NCBI GenBank assembly: GCA_963828735.1
Contig: CAWHFW010000002.1
Span: forward strand, 64,001 to 128,000
From: an uncultured Gemmatimonadales bacterium
Lineage (GTDB): Bacteria; Gemmatimonadota; Gemmatimonadetes; Gemmatimonadales; GWC2-71-9
Reading direction: 5' to 3'
DNA length: 64,000 bases
In this document: one piece after another, positions 10,500-22,214 of the stretch
Layout of the letters: every line of letters starts with the position of its first letter
Position numbering within the stretch: the stretch's first letter is position 1
Notes under the pieces: generated by a model
What the model was told of the DNA's origin: nothing
Database searches by the model: none
The model's input: only the letters and a program-made list of their open reading frames with translations
Position numbers and translations under genes: made by a program

Positions 10500-11459
10500 T
10501 CAGGTCAAGGTCTCGGGCTGGGGTTCCCGGCTCGCGGCCGGACCGGCCGCGGCGAATACCTCGCGCGCCCGGGTGCGATCACGCTCCAACTGCTGTTGCA
10601 ATGCCTCCACCGAGGCAAACCGCTTCACGTCGCGCAGGCGCTCGACCCATTCGATCCGCACCCACTCGCCGTACAGATTCCCGTCGAAGTCGAACAGATG
10701 CGCCTCGAGGGTGCGCCGGCCGTCCTCAAAGGTGGGCTTGGGGCCCTGATTCATCATCCCCTCCGCCCGCCCGCCGCGCCACTCGACCCTCACGGCGTAC
10801 ACGCCGTCGGGCGGGAGGAGCTTCTGGGTCGGCACGTCGGCCAGGTTGATCGTCGGCACGCCGATCAGCCGGCCCCGTCGCTCGCCTTCGCCGACCCGAC
10901 CGCTCACCTGGTATGGACGGCCCAGCATCCGGGCCGCCGTCGCCAGGTCGCCCCCCGCGACCGCACGGCGGATGCGCGAGCTCGAGACGTGCTGGTCTCC
11001 GACGTCCACCGCCTCGACCACGTCCACGTCGAATCCGCGGAGGGCGCCCAGGCGCCGCAGCGTCTCCACGTCCCCGCTCCGCCCTCGGCCAAATCCGTGA
11101 TCGTGCCCGATCACCAGCTCGCGCGTCTGGCAGCGGTCGAGCAGGATCCGCTCGACGAACTCCTCGGGGCTCAACCCCGCGAGCCGCCGGTCGAACCGGA
11201 CGAGGAGCACGTAGTCCAGCGGCAGCTGCGCCAGGATCTCGCGCCGCTCGGGATCGGTCGTGAGGAGCGGCGGCGCCGCCTGCGGGTTCACGACCTCGAG
11301 CGGATGGGGCTCGAACGTCACCAGAACGCTCGCGCGCCCCGCCGCGTCGGCCCGGCGCGCGATCTCGCGCAGCACCGCCTGGTGGCCCAGGTGGACGCCG
11401 TCGAACGAGCCGACCGTCACGGTGCTCCCACGCGGGAGCGGCGGAAGCCGGCCGATCAC
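10500..11459 (-). CDS. ribF: Bifunctional riboflavin kinase/FAD synthetase
   Basis: GSFDGVHLGHQ, TFEPHP, VSSSRIR, GVPTIN, EAHLFDF; GTGA overlap with truB stop. Confidence 0.95.
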   Translation of the reverse strand: MIGRLPPLPRGSTVTVGSFDGVHLGHQAVLREIARRADAAGRASVLVTFEPHPLEVVNPQAAPPLLTTDPERREILAQLPLDYVLLVRFDRRLAGLSPEEFVERILLDRCQTRELVIGHDHGFGRGRSGDVETLRRLGALRGFDVDVVEAVDVGDQHVSSSRIRRAVAGGDLATAARMLGRPYQVSGRVGEGERRGRLIGVPTINLADVPTQKLLPPDGVYAVRVEWRGGRAEGMMNQGPKPTFEDGRRTLEAHLFDFDGNLYGEWVRIEWVERLRDVKRFASVEALQQQLERDRTRAREVFAAAGPAASREPQPETLT

Positions 11460-12307
11460 GGCGACTCCAGCACCACGGACGGCCTGAGCCATCCGTCGGC
11501 GGCCCGCGCCACCGCCACCAGCTCGCCGCCGTGCAAGAGCGCCACGGTTCCCTCGGCGCCATCGCCGGCGGGTACCGGGCGACCGTGACTCACGGCGAGA
11601 CGCGCGGGCTCATCCAGCTCGACGGCGGGCAGATGGCGCAGGACCGCACGCGCCGGCAGCACCGCGTCCCGCGTGAGCCGCTCCAGCGGGACCGCGTCGG
11701 CGACCTGCAGCCCGCCGATCGCTTCGCGCCGGAGCGCGGAGAGGTGCGCGCCCACGCCCAACCGCTCGCCCAGGTCCCGCGCGAGCGCGCGCACATACGT
11801 GCCGGGACTCACGGTGACGCGAAACTCGACCTCGGGCGGCGTGAACCGCACCATTTCCGCCTGGTGCACCGTCACGTTCGTCTCCGCCGGATCCACGCCC
11901 TGGCCGCGGCGCGCCAACCGATGGCTCCGCTCGCCGTCAACGTGCTTCGCCGAGTATCGCGGGGGCCGTTGCCGCTGCGCACCGACGAATCCGGCCAAGG
12001 CCACCCGGACCGCTGTCTCGTCCAGCCGCGCGACTTCCACCGGCTGCCCGAGAGGCGTTCCCGTGAGATCGTCGGTGTCGGTCGCGAAGCCGAGCCGCGC
12101 GGTCGCGAGGTAGCGCTTGGGCTGCGCCTCGACGAAGCGCGCGAGACGGGTCGCCCGCCCCACCAGCGTCACCAGCAGGCCGGTGGCGAAGGGGTCCAGT
12201 GTCCCCGTGTGGCCCACGGCACGCGTGCCCAGCACTCGCCGAACGCGCTGCACCACGTCGTGTGAGGTGAGCCCGGCCGGCTTGTCGACCAGTACCGCGC
12301 CGATCAG
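11456..12307 (-). CDS. truB: tRNA pseudouridine(55) synthase; apparent CTG start
   Basis: GHTGTLDPFATG, GTYVRALARDLG; the conserved N-terminal LVDKPAGLTSHDVV lies upstream of the first GTG (12256), so the start is placed at CTG 12307. Confidence 0.93.
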   Translation of the reverse strand: MIGAVLVDKPAGLTSHDVVQRVRRVLGTRAVGHTGTLDPFATGLLVTLVGRATRLARFVEAQPKRYLATARLGFATDTDDLTGTPLGQPVEVARLDETAVRVALAGFVGAQRQRPPRYSAKHVDGERSHRLARRGQGVDPAETNVTVHQAEMVRFTPPEVEFRVTVSPGTYVRALARDLGERLGVGAHLSALRREAIGGLQVADAVPLERLTRDAVLPARAVLRHLPAVELDEPARLAVSHGRPVPAGDGAEGTVALLHGGELVAVARAADGWLRPSVVLESP

Positions 12308-12666
12308 CTGGGCTCCTCCCGCTTGAGACCCTGGAGCAGCTCGTTGATCCGCGCCGCGTGCGCGAGGCCCAGGTCGAGCTCGAAGTGCAGCTCGGGCACC
12401 GTCCGGGTCGAGAGCGCGCGTGCCGCGCGCGACCGGAGGAAGCCGGCGGCGCTCTGAAGCCCTTCGAGGGCCCGACCCCGGTCGGCCTCCTCGCCCGGGA
12501 CACTCACCATGACGCGCGCGTGGGAGAGGTCGGGCGTCACCAGCACGCCGGTCACGGTCACGAAGCCCACGCGCGGGTCGCGCACCTCGCGCGCGAGCCC
12601 CTCGGTGATGACCTGGCGCAACGTCTCGGCCACCTGCTCCGGGCGTCGCCGGGATGAGGACCTCAT
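12304..12666 (-). CDS. rbfA: Ribosome-binding factor A
   Basis: DPRVGFVTVTGV, DLSHARV, AAGFLR, VPELHFELD. Confidence 0.95.
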   Translation of the reverse strand: MRSSSRRRPEQVAETLRQVITEGLAREVRDPRVGFVTVTGVLVTPDLSHARVMVSVPGEEADRGRALEGLQSAAGFLRSRAARALSTRTVPELHFELDLGLAHAARINELLQGLKREEPS

Positions 12667-12944
12667 CGCCACACCGTCACGGTATCCACGATCCGCACTC
12701 CGTCCGCCGACTCGATGGCCCGGTCCGCGGCCCGCAGGGTCTCCTCGACCACCGTTCGCGCCGAGCCCACTGCGGCGCAGGCGATCTCCGCGCGCTGCCA
12801 GAGGTCCTGGTGGCCGGTCTCCGCCACCGACACGTTGAGCCGCTGCCGGAGCGCCGCGGTGAGCGGCTTGAGCGTCCCACGCTTCTCCTTCAAGGAGTGA
12901 CATCCCGGCAGGTGCAGCTCCCACACCTGAATTCCGATCACCAC
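12663..12944 (-). CDS. DUF503 (YlxP-like) protein
   Basis: SLKEKRG, RLNVSVAE, QDLWQRAEI; usual position between infB and rbfA. Confidence 0.9.
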   Translation of the reverse strand: MVIGIQVWELHLPGCHSLKEKRGTLKPLTAALRQRLNVSVAETGHQDLWQRAEIACAAVGSARTVVEETLRAADRAIESADGVRIVDTVTVWR

Positions 12945-12975
12945 GCTCGTGTGCCGTCGGTCGTGAGCGGCGGCC

Positions 12976-15711
<2,736 letters not shown>

Positions 15712-15722
15712 TCAATCCTCCG

Positions 15723-16028
15723 TCAGGAGCGTACGGGCGCCGGCGGCACGATGCCGTCGGCCAGCGCGCGGTCGCGTACGCCTACCGCCATCACGGGCGG
15801 CTTTCCCAGCTGCGCGCCGATCGCGGCGGCGCGCGGACCCGTCACCATCGGCACACCCTTGGCCGACGCGAGACGAACCACCTTGTCCACGGCGCGCGGG
15901 CTGGCGTCCTCCGCCACCACCACGCACCAGATCTTGCGTGACTGCAGCTCCTTCCGGACCGCGTCCACGCCGACGACGACCAGCCGCCCACGATGCCCCA
16001 GTCCGAGGAGTCCGAGCAGCCGGTCCAT
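15723..16028 (-). CDS. L7Ae/L30e-family RNA-binding protein (YlxQ-like)
   Basis: LGLLGLGHRG..VVGVDAV, VVAEDAS, IGAQLGK; between nusA and infB. Confidence 0.85.
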   Translation of the reverse strand: MDRLLGLLGLGHRGRLVVVGVDAVRKELQSRKIWCVVVAEDASPRAVDKVVRLASAKGVPMVTGPRAAAIGAQLGKPPVMAVGVRDRALADGIVPPAPVRS

Positions 16029-16040
16029 GTCGGCGGCCCG

Positions 16041-17348
16041 CTACTTCTCGCCGCCGTCTTCGTCGGTGAGCTCCGCCAGGAAGCCGAGCAACTGCTCGGA
16101 GGTCTCGGCGGTCATGCCCGGAATCTTGGCGATGTCCTCGCGCTCGAGGTCGAGGATGTCGTTGAGCATTTTGTAGCCGGCGCTCTCGAGAATCGCCGTG
16201 AGCTCCGGTGACAGGCCCTTGAGCTCGCTGAGCGGGACCTGCGCGACGGTCTCCTCCTCGGGCGGGAGCGGGGCGAACAGCGGGCCCTCGCCGCCGCGCT
16301 CGAGCCACTCGCGGCTCGAGTAGAGGTCGATCTTCCAGCCGGTGAGTTCCGAGGCGAGCCGGACGTTCTGCCCGTTCCGCCCGATCGCGAGCGACAACTG
16401 ATCCTCGTCGACGACGGCCTGGATCGTCTTGGCCTCGGGGTCGCTGAAGACCTTCGCGACCCGCGCGGGCGCCAGCGCGAGACGGGCGAAGCGCTCCGGG
16501 TCCGGGGACCATGGCACGATGTCGATCCGCTCGCCGCCGAGCTCGTTCACGACGGCCTGGACGCGCGAGCCCTTGAGTCCGACGCACGCGCCCACCGGGT
16601 CGATCGCGTCGTCGCGCGAGATGACGGCCACCTTGGTTCGGCTTCCGACCTCGCGGGCGATCGCGCGGATCTCGACGATCTGCTGCTGGATCTCGGGCAC
16701 CTCGAGCTTGAACAGCGCCTTGACGAAGAGCGGATCGCCGCGCGAGAGAATCAGCCGCGGGCCCTTGGGCGTCTCTTCCAGCCGCTTGAGCACGGCGCGG
16801 ATGGTGTCGCCCTGATGGAAGTGCTCCCGGTGGTTCTGCTCGCGGTAGGGGATGATCGCCTCGGCCTCGCGGAACTTGTTCAGCATGATGACAAGCTTGC
16901 CGCGCTCGATCTGCTGGACCTCGCCGCTCAGGAGCTCCCCCACCTTGGAGGCGAATTCCTCGCGGATCCGGGTGCGCTCACCCTCGCGGACGCGCTGGAT
17001 GATGCGCTGCTTGGCGGCCTGCACGGCGAGTCGGCCGAACTCGACGAACGGCACCTCCTCCTCGAGCATGTCGCCGACCTGGAAGTCGGGATCCTCGTAG
17101 CGGGCCTCCTCGACGGAGATCTGCCAGCTCGGATCCTCCACCACCTCGATCACCTGCCGAAGGCGCACGACCTTGATGGTCCCCTGCAGCTCGTCCACGC
17201 TGAGCTCGAACTTGACGTTCGGGCCGAACTTCCGGACCAGGGCGGCCTGGATGCCGTCGCGCAGCAGATCGAGGAGGTCGGAGCGCTCCAGCTGCTTCGC
17301 GGTGGTCAGCTCGCGGAATGCGGCCAACATTTCGGTCGATCCTGCCAT
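16041..17348 (-). CDS. nusA: Transcription termination/antitermination factor NusA
   Basis: FGRLAVQAAKQ, LILSR, DPVGACVG, LSLAIGRNGQNVRLA; C-terminal HhH-like extension. Confidence 0.98.
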   Translation of the reverse strand: MAGSTEMLAAFRELTTAKQLERSDLLDLLRDGIQAALVRKFGPNVKFELSVDELQGTIKVVRLRQVIEVVEDPSWQISVEEARYEDPDFQVGDMLEEEVPFVEFGRLAVQAAKQRIIQRVREGERTRIREEFASKVGELLSGEVQQIERGKLVIMLNKFREAEAIIPYREQNHREHFHQGDTIRAVLKRLEETPKGPRLILSRGDPLFVKALFKLEVPEIQQQIVEIRAIAREVGSRTKVAVISRDDAIDPVGACVGLKGSRVQAVVNELGGERIDIVPWSPDPERFARLALAPARVAKVFSDPEAKTIQAVVDEDQLSLAIGRNGQNVRLASELTGWKIDLYSSREWLERGGEGPLFAPLPPEEETVAQVPLSELKGLSPELTAILESAGYKMLNDILDLEREDIAKIPGMTAETSEQLLGFLAELTDEDGGEK

Positions 17349-17412
17349 GCGTATCACTCCTGTCGCGCGAGAGGTCTCGCTTCAACGTCGTCGTCCGTCG
17401 CGGATCCGCGGC

Positions 17413-17922
17413 TTATCTCCGCGGCCCGTGACGCGGACCGGCCCTCGATCCTTTCAACTCCGGCAGCTCCCCCACCAGCGTCGCCTCGCGGATGTCGCCG
17501 AGCGCGAGCGTCAGCTCGGTCCCGCCCTCCTGGCGCAGCGTCACGTGCTCGTCATCCGGCACGGCCATGATCTCGACCTCACGCCGCCCGCCGAGCGCCG
17601 GCGCCCGCACCCGCGCGCGCCGACCGACGAAGCGCCGCCAGTGCTCCGGCCAGCGCAACGGCCGCTCGATGCCCGGAGAAGAAACCTCCAGCACGTACCG
17701 CGGCCCGACCATCGCGCTCGATTCCAGGAATCGCTCGAGGGACCGGCTGATCCCGGCGCAGTCGTCGGCCGTAATGCCATGGCCGGGTCGGCTGTCCGGG
17801 CGGTCCACCCGTACCTGCAGGATGGGGCGCTGGGCGGTCCCGACGTGGCGCAGATCGACGAGCTCGAAGCCGAGACCGGCGATGTGGGCGCGAATGGGAG
17901 CGAGCAGCGCGTCGACAGACAT
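17413..17922 (-). CDS. rimP: Ribosome maturation factor RimP
   Basis: GFELVD, ITADDCAGISR, YVLEVSSPGIERPL. Confidence 0.95.
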   Translation of the reverse strand: MSVDALLAPIRAHIAGLGFELVDLRHVGTAQRPILQVRVDRPDSRPGHGITADDCAGISRSLERFLESSAMVGPRYVLEVSSPGIERPLRWPEHWRRFVGRRARVRAPALGGRREVEIMAVPDDEHVTLRQEGGTELTLALGDIREATLVGELPELKGSRAGPRHGPRR

Positions 17923-17935
17923 CGGGGGTTGCAGG

Positions 17936-17964
17936 AAAAAAAATGTGGGGGAACTCCCCCACAT
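17936..17964 (-). promoter_or_regulatory. rimP-leader terminator-like hairpin (candidate attenuator)
   Basis: ATGTGGGGG-AGTT-CCCCCACAT followed by a T run, between the predicted promoter and the rimP start. Confidence 0.8.
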
Positions 17965-18005
17965 CGGCAGTTGGCCCGACCAGGCGCCCCCGGGACAGCA
18001 CTCAA

Positions 18006-18034
18006 AAGCTATCGCGCCCCGAGGGCGGAGTCAA
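18006..18034 (-). promoter_or_regulatory. Putative sigma70 promoter of the rimP-nusA-infB operon
   Basis: TTGACT-N17-TAGCTT on the minus strand. Confidence 0.6.
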
Positions 18035-18801
18035 TCCGCGCGTGGCACACCGACATAGGCCACCATGCGCCCGTCCGCCCCTCGGGAACCCCGGTGACTA
18101 TAGAAGGAGGAGCGGTCGTGGGCGCTGCACCAGCCGGAAACCGTCACGTCGGCGATGCCAAGCCGTGACGCCTCCGCCGCCAGGTGCCCCCGCAAGTCCA
18201 GGTGCCAGGGTCCCTTCCCGTCGGCCGGAAGCCCACAGCCGGTCATGACCTCAGAACCCACTTCATAGCACGGTCCACAAATACCTACCCCGGCGTGCAT
18301 TATAACGTCGGCCGGGGTAGTTCCTGTTCCCCTGGTGAGGCGCTCCAGGCCGGCGCGAAGGATGCCGTCGGCGGTCCCCCGCCAGCCCGCGTGCAGCAGG
18401 GCCACCCCCCGTCCGGGAGCCAGGAGATAGATCGGAATGCAATCGGCGACGGTTACCGTGAGGAGCACGCCCGGGGAGCAGGTCACCCAGCCGTCCACGC
18501 CATCGATCTGCACCCACCCCACGCCGGTGTCCACGGTCTCGACCACGGTCCCGTGCACCTGGCCGCCGAGGACGACCGCGTCGAAGCCGGACATCGCGTG
18601 GCGGAAGGCGCGCCATCGGCTCATGACTTCGCCGACTGGCGCCTCGCTCCAGAGGCCGAGGTCGAACCCTCGTCCCGGCCCGGTGCCGCGCGCGGTGATC
18701 CCTGCGACGACGCCACGACTGCGCCAGGTGGAGAGCTCGTAGAGAGGAAGCGATCCCGGGCGAGGCTCTTCGCGGAGGACGGACGGTTGCGCCGGGGTCA
18801 T
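18031..18801 (-). CDS. pgeF: PgeF/YfiH (laccase-domain) family protein
   Basis: QVHG, VTVADCIPI, LLHAGWRG, CYEVG, FYSHR, GRM; start uncertain. Confidence 0.85.
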   Translation of the reverse strand: MTPAQPSVLREEPRPGSLPLYELSTWRSRGVVAGITARGTGPGRGFDLGLWSEAPVGEVMSRWRAFRHAMSGFDAVVLGGQVHGTVVETVDTGVGWVQIDGVDGWVTCSPGVLLTVTVADCIPIYLLAPGRGVALLHAGWRGTADGILRAGLERLTRGTGTTPADVIMHAGVGICGPCYEVGSEVMTGCGLPADGKGPWHLDLRGHLAAEASRLGIADVTVSGWCSAHDRSSFYSHRGSRGADGRMVAYVGVPRAD

Positions 18802-18885
18802 CCCGCGCGGAGGGAGCGAGGATCCCGGGGGCCGTCGAGCCATGGCCGTACGACTCCCCAGGCCGCGTTCCGGCTGGGTGGCCGG

Positions 18886-20172
18886 TCAATCATCCTTGCG
18901 CTCGATCTCCGCCCCGAGCGCGCGCAGCCGCTCGTCGATGCGCTCGTACCCGCGCTCGATCTGTCCGACGTTGTGGATGGTGCTCGAGCCTTCCGCGGCA
19001 AGGGCCGCGAGCAGCATGGCCATGCCCGCGCGGATGTCCGGCGACTCGACCGTGCCGCCCTTGAGCGGCGACGGCCCCGAAATCACGGCGCGGTGCGGAT
19101 CGCATAGCACGATGCGCGCGCCCATGCCGATCAGCTTGTCCACGAAGAAGAGCCGCGACTCGAACATCTTCTCGAACACGAGCAGCATGCCGGAGCACTG
19201 CGTCGCGGTCACGATGGTGGTGGACATGACGTCGGCCGGGAAGGCGGGCCAGGGGCCGTCCTCGAGCTTCGGCACGTGGCCGCCGAGGTCGGGCCGGATC
19301 CGCCGCTCCTGATCGGCGTCAACCGTGAGGCGCTGGCCGTCCACGCGCGGGCGAATGCCGAGCCGCTCGAATCCCAGCAACGTGCTCCGGAGATCGTCCG
19401 GGCGCACAGGGTCGATCGTGATGGCGCCGTTGGTGACCGCGGCGAGGCCGATGAAGCTGCCGATCTCGATGTGATCGGGGCCGATGGCGTAGCTTGCGCC
19501 GTGGAGCGGCCGTCCGCCGTCGATCGCGTAGACGTTGGTCCCGATCCCTTCGATCCCGGCACCCATCGCCACCAGCACGCGGGCGAGGTCTTGGACGTGC
19601 GGCTCGCAGGCCGCATTCCGCAGGACCGTCCGCCCCTTGGCGGCCACGGCCGCCATGAGCGCGTTCTCGGTGCCGGTGACGCTCGGCTCGTCAAGGAAGA
19701 TGTCGGCGCCCGTCAGGCCCTTCTTGGCCTCGAGCTCGTACCGGTCGCCGACGTTGACCGCGGCGCCAAGGTGCTCGAGGGCCAGAAAGTGGGTATCGAC
19801 GCGACGCCGGCCGATGACGTCGCCACCCGGCGGCGGCAGGGTGACCGACCCGAAACGAGCGAGCAGCGGACCGGCGAGGAGGATCGAGGCGCGGATCCGC
19901 GCGCACAGCTTGGGGTCGAGCGGCTTGGGCCGCACCTGGCGGGTGTCCACGCGCACGAGATTGGGGCCGACCCACTCCACCGACGCGCCGAGATCGACCA
20001 ATAACTCGAGCATGGTCTCGACATCCCGGATACGCGGGATGTTGTCGAGCTCCATCGGGCCATCGGCGAGGACGGTGCTGGCGAGAATCGGCAGGGCGGC
20101 GTTCTTGTTGCCGGCGGGGCGGATGGACCCGCGCAACGGACGTCCACCGTGTACGAGAAAACGTGGAGGCAT
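18886..20172 (-). CDS. murA: UDP-N-acetylglucosamine 1-carboxyvinyltransferase (Asp-type active site)
   Basis: GNKNAALP, RASILLAGPLLAR, PGGDVIGRRRVDTH, SVTGTEN, DIRAG, IERGYE. Confidence 0.97.
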   Translation of the reverse strand: MPPRFLVHGGRPLRGSIRPAGNKNAALPILASTVLADGPMELDNIPRIRDVETMLELLVDLGASVEWVGPNLVRVDTRQVRPKPLDPKLCARIRASILLAGPLLARFGSVTLPPPGGDVIGRRRVDTHFLALEHLGAAVNVGDRYELEAKKGLTGADIFLDEPSVTGTENALMAAVAAKGRTVLRNAACEPHVQDLARVLVAMGAGIEGIGTNVYAIDGGRPLHGASYAIGPDHIEIGSFIGLAAVTNGAITIDPVRPDDLRSTLLGFERLGIRPRVDGQRLTVDADQERRIRPDLGGHVPKLEDGPWPAFPADVMSTTIVTATQCSGMLLVFEKMFESRLFFVDKLIGMGARIVLCDPHRAVISGPSPLKGGTVESPDIRAGMAMLLAALAAEGSSTIHNVGQIERGYERIDERLRALGAEIERKDD

Positions 20173-20314
20173 GGCCAAAGCTGACGGAGTCGGGGAATCG
20201 CGTCAAGCGGATCGAGGGGGTTGCGATGCATCCCCGACCCCGTTGTTTTACCGGGAGGCGTGCCGACGCCGGCTACCGTCCGGCGGCCCCGCCGGCCCTT
20301 TCGGGGAGGACATC

Positions 20315-20803
20315 GTGGCAGCCCATATGCTCGCTCTGCTCCAGATCGCGGCTCCGCCGGCATGGGTGGGCCCGACCATGGCCATCTCGCTGGCGATCAT
20401 CGCCCTCTGCTTCCTCGGCATCGCGGTGACCGCCGCGATCGCCGCGCTTCGACTATCGGCCCAGGTGAAGCGGCTCACCGGCGTCGTGGACGGGTTGCAG
20501 GACGATGCCGCCCAGGCGCTCAAGGCCGTGCGACGGCTGACCGAGCAGGGCCAGGACCTCATGGTCGTGGTCCGCAACGAGGCGGGTGCCTTCGCGCAGA
20601 CGAGCCGCCGGGTCCGGCGCAAGGTGACGAAGGGGGTGGACCGCGTGGAGGAGAAACTGGCCGACCTCGAGACGCTGTACGACCTGGTGCACGCCGAGGT
20701 AGAGGACGCCGCGCTGGACGTGGCCGCGACGCTTCGTTCGGTGCGTCGCGGCAACGGCATGCTCGGTCGGGTCCGTCGTCTGATCGTGGCCGGCCGGTCA
20801 TGA
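20315..20803 (+). CDS. Membrane-anchored coiled-coil protein (DUF948/YoxC-like)
   Basis: GGAGGA RBS then GTG; one TM helix followed by a helical heptad region; ATGA overlap with the next gene. Confidence 0.65.
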   Translation: MAAHMLALLQIAAPPAWVGPTMAISLAIIALCFLGIAVTAAIAALRLSAQVKRLTGVVDGLQDDAAQALKAVRRLTEQGQDLMVVVRNEAGAFAQTSRRVRRKVTKGVDRVEEKLADLETLYDLVHAEVEDAALDVAATLRSVRRGNGMLGRVRRLIVAGRS

Positions 20804-21768
20804 AGCTGGCGCGCCTCGCGCTCGCCTTCGCGGGCGTGGGGCTCGTGCTGTTGGCGCTTCCGGCCTCCGCGCATGCCTGGACGCCGGGCACCCACATCTA
20901 TCTCGGCGAGTCGATCCTCGCCAATCTCGGACAGCTGCCCGCCGCCGTCGCCGATCTGCTTCGCGCCTACCCGTTCGATTTTCTCTACGGCAACATCGCG
21001 GCCGACTCCTCCATCGCGAAGCATTACGCGCCCCTGGGCCGCCACTGCCACTACTGGCACGTCGGCCAGGAGATCCACGACCTCGGCGCGACCGACGGGC
21101 TCCGGGCCTTCGGGCTGGGGTATCTGTGCCATCTCGCGGCCGACACCGTCGCACACAATTACTTCGTGCCCCGGCAGCTCATGATCACGAGCAGCACCGC
21201 GGCCGTGGGCCACTCCTATTGGGAGGCGCGGGTCGAGACGCATCTCGGGGACGCCTATGCGCGCTCGGCGAAGGACGTCATCCGGCTGAGCCACCACGAC
21301 GCGGACGCCCACCTCGACCGGATCATCGCGCCGACCATCTTCAGCGTTCGCACCAACCGGCGCCTGTTCCGCGGCATGGTCCATCTCACCGAGAGCTCCG
21401 GCTGGCAGCGGGCCACGCAGGTCGCGCGGGAGTACAGCCGCTGGCCGCTCGCCGACGAGGACGTCGAGCAGCATCTGGGGCTCTCCTACGACTACATGAT
21501 CGATTTCCTCGGTGGCCCCATGTCGCCGGCGCTGCAGCTCGACCCCTCGGGCGAGCGACCGCTCAAGATTGCGAAGGAGCTGCGACGCCGGGTGCTGCGT
21601 GACACCGGCCGGCGGAATCTGACGAAGCTCGCGGTGGCGGCCCAGGAGCACTTCGGGCTACCCGACAACCCGCTGGTGCACTGGAAGCGAATCGGCAACC
21701 GCCTGCCCTGGCGCGCGCCCGAGAGCGCTGCGCCCTCCCCCAGGGCGCTCGTGAGCGGCGACCGCTGA
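20800..21768 (+). CDS. Zinc-dependent phospholipase C / P1-nuclease fold protein, exported
   Basis: Signal peptide then AHA-WTPGTH; GNIAAD, HCH, GYLCHLAADTVAHN, HSYWE zinc ligands. Confidence 0.8.
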   Translation: MKLARLALAFAGVGLVLLALPASAHAWTPGTHIYLGESILANLGQLPAAVADLLRAYPFDFLYGNIAADSSIAKHYAPLGRHCHYWHVGQEIHDLGATDGLRAFGLGYLCHLAADTVAHNYFVPRQLMITSSTAAVGHSYWEARVETHLGDAYARSAKDVIRLSHHDADAHLDRIIAPTIFSVRTNRRLFRGMVHLTESSGWQRATQVAREYSRWPLADEDVEQHLGLSYDYMIDFLGGPMSPALQLDPSGERPLKIAKELRRRVLRDTGRRNLTKLAVAAQEHFGLPDNPLVHWKRIGNRLPWRAPESAAPSPRALVSGDR

Positions 21769-22214
21769 ACGCCGACGACGTCGCCCGCCGCCTCGCCCTC
21801 CGGCCCCATCCCGAAGGCGGCTTCTACGGCGAGACGTTCCGCAGCCCGCTGGTCCTCACCCTTCCCGACGGCCGCGTGCGTCGGGCCTCCACCGCGATTC
21901 ACTATCTGCTGCCGGCCGGAACGTGGAGCGCTTGGCATCGCGTTCCGTCGGACGAGGTCTGGCACCACTACGACGGCGGTGCGCTCCTGCTGCATCGCCT
22001 GGGCATGGCGACTGTACGCCTCGATCGCGAGACGCCACAGGCCGTCGTGCCGGCCGGGGTATGGCAGGCGGCGGAGCCGGTCGACGATGCGGTGCTGTGC
22101 GGATGCACCGTCGCCCCGGGGTTCGAGTTCGAGGACTTCGAGCTGGGATCGGCGGAGGCGCTCGCGGCCGAGTTTCCGGTCGAGGCCGCGTTGATCCGGC
22201 GGCTCGCGCGGTGA
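21765..22214 (+). CDS. Cupin_5 (DUF985) family protein; apparent CTG start
   Basis: LRPHPEGGFYGETFR (upstream of the first GTG), STAIHYLL, SAWHRV, DEVWH, GCTVAPGFEFEDFE. Confidence 0.88.
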   Translation: MNADDVARRLALRPHPEGGFYGETFRSPLVLTLPDGRVRRASTAIHYLLPAGTWSAWHRVPSDEVWHHYDGGALLLHRLGMATVRLDRETPQAVVPAGVWQAAEPVDDAVLCGCTVAPGFEFEDFELGSAEALAAEFPVEAALIRRLAR

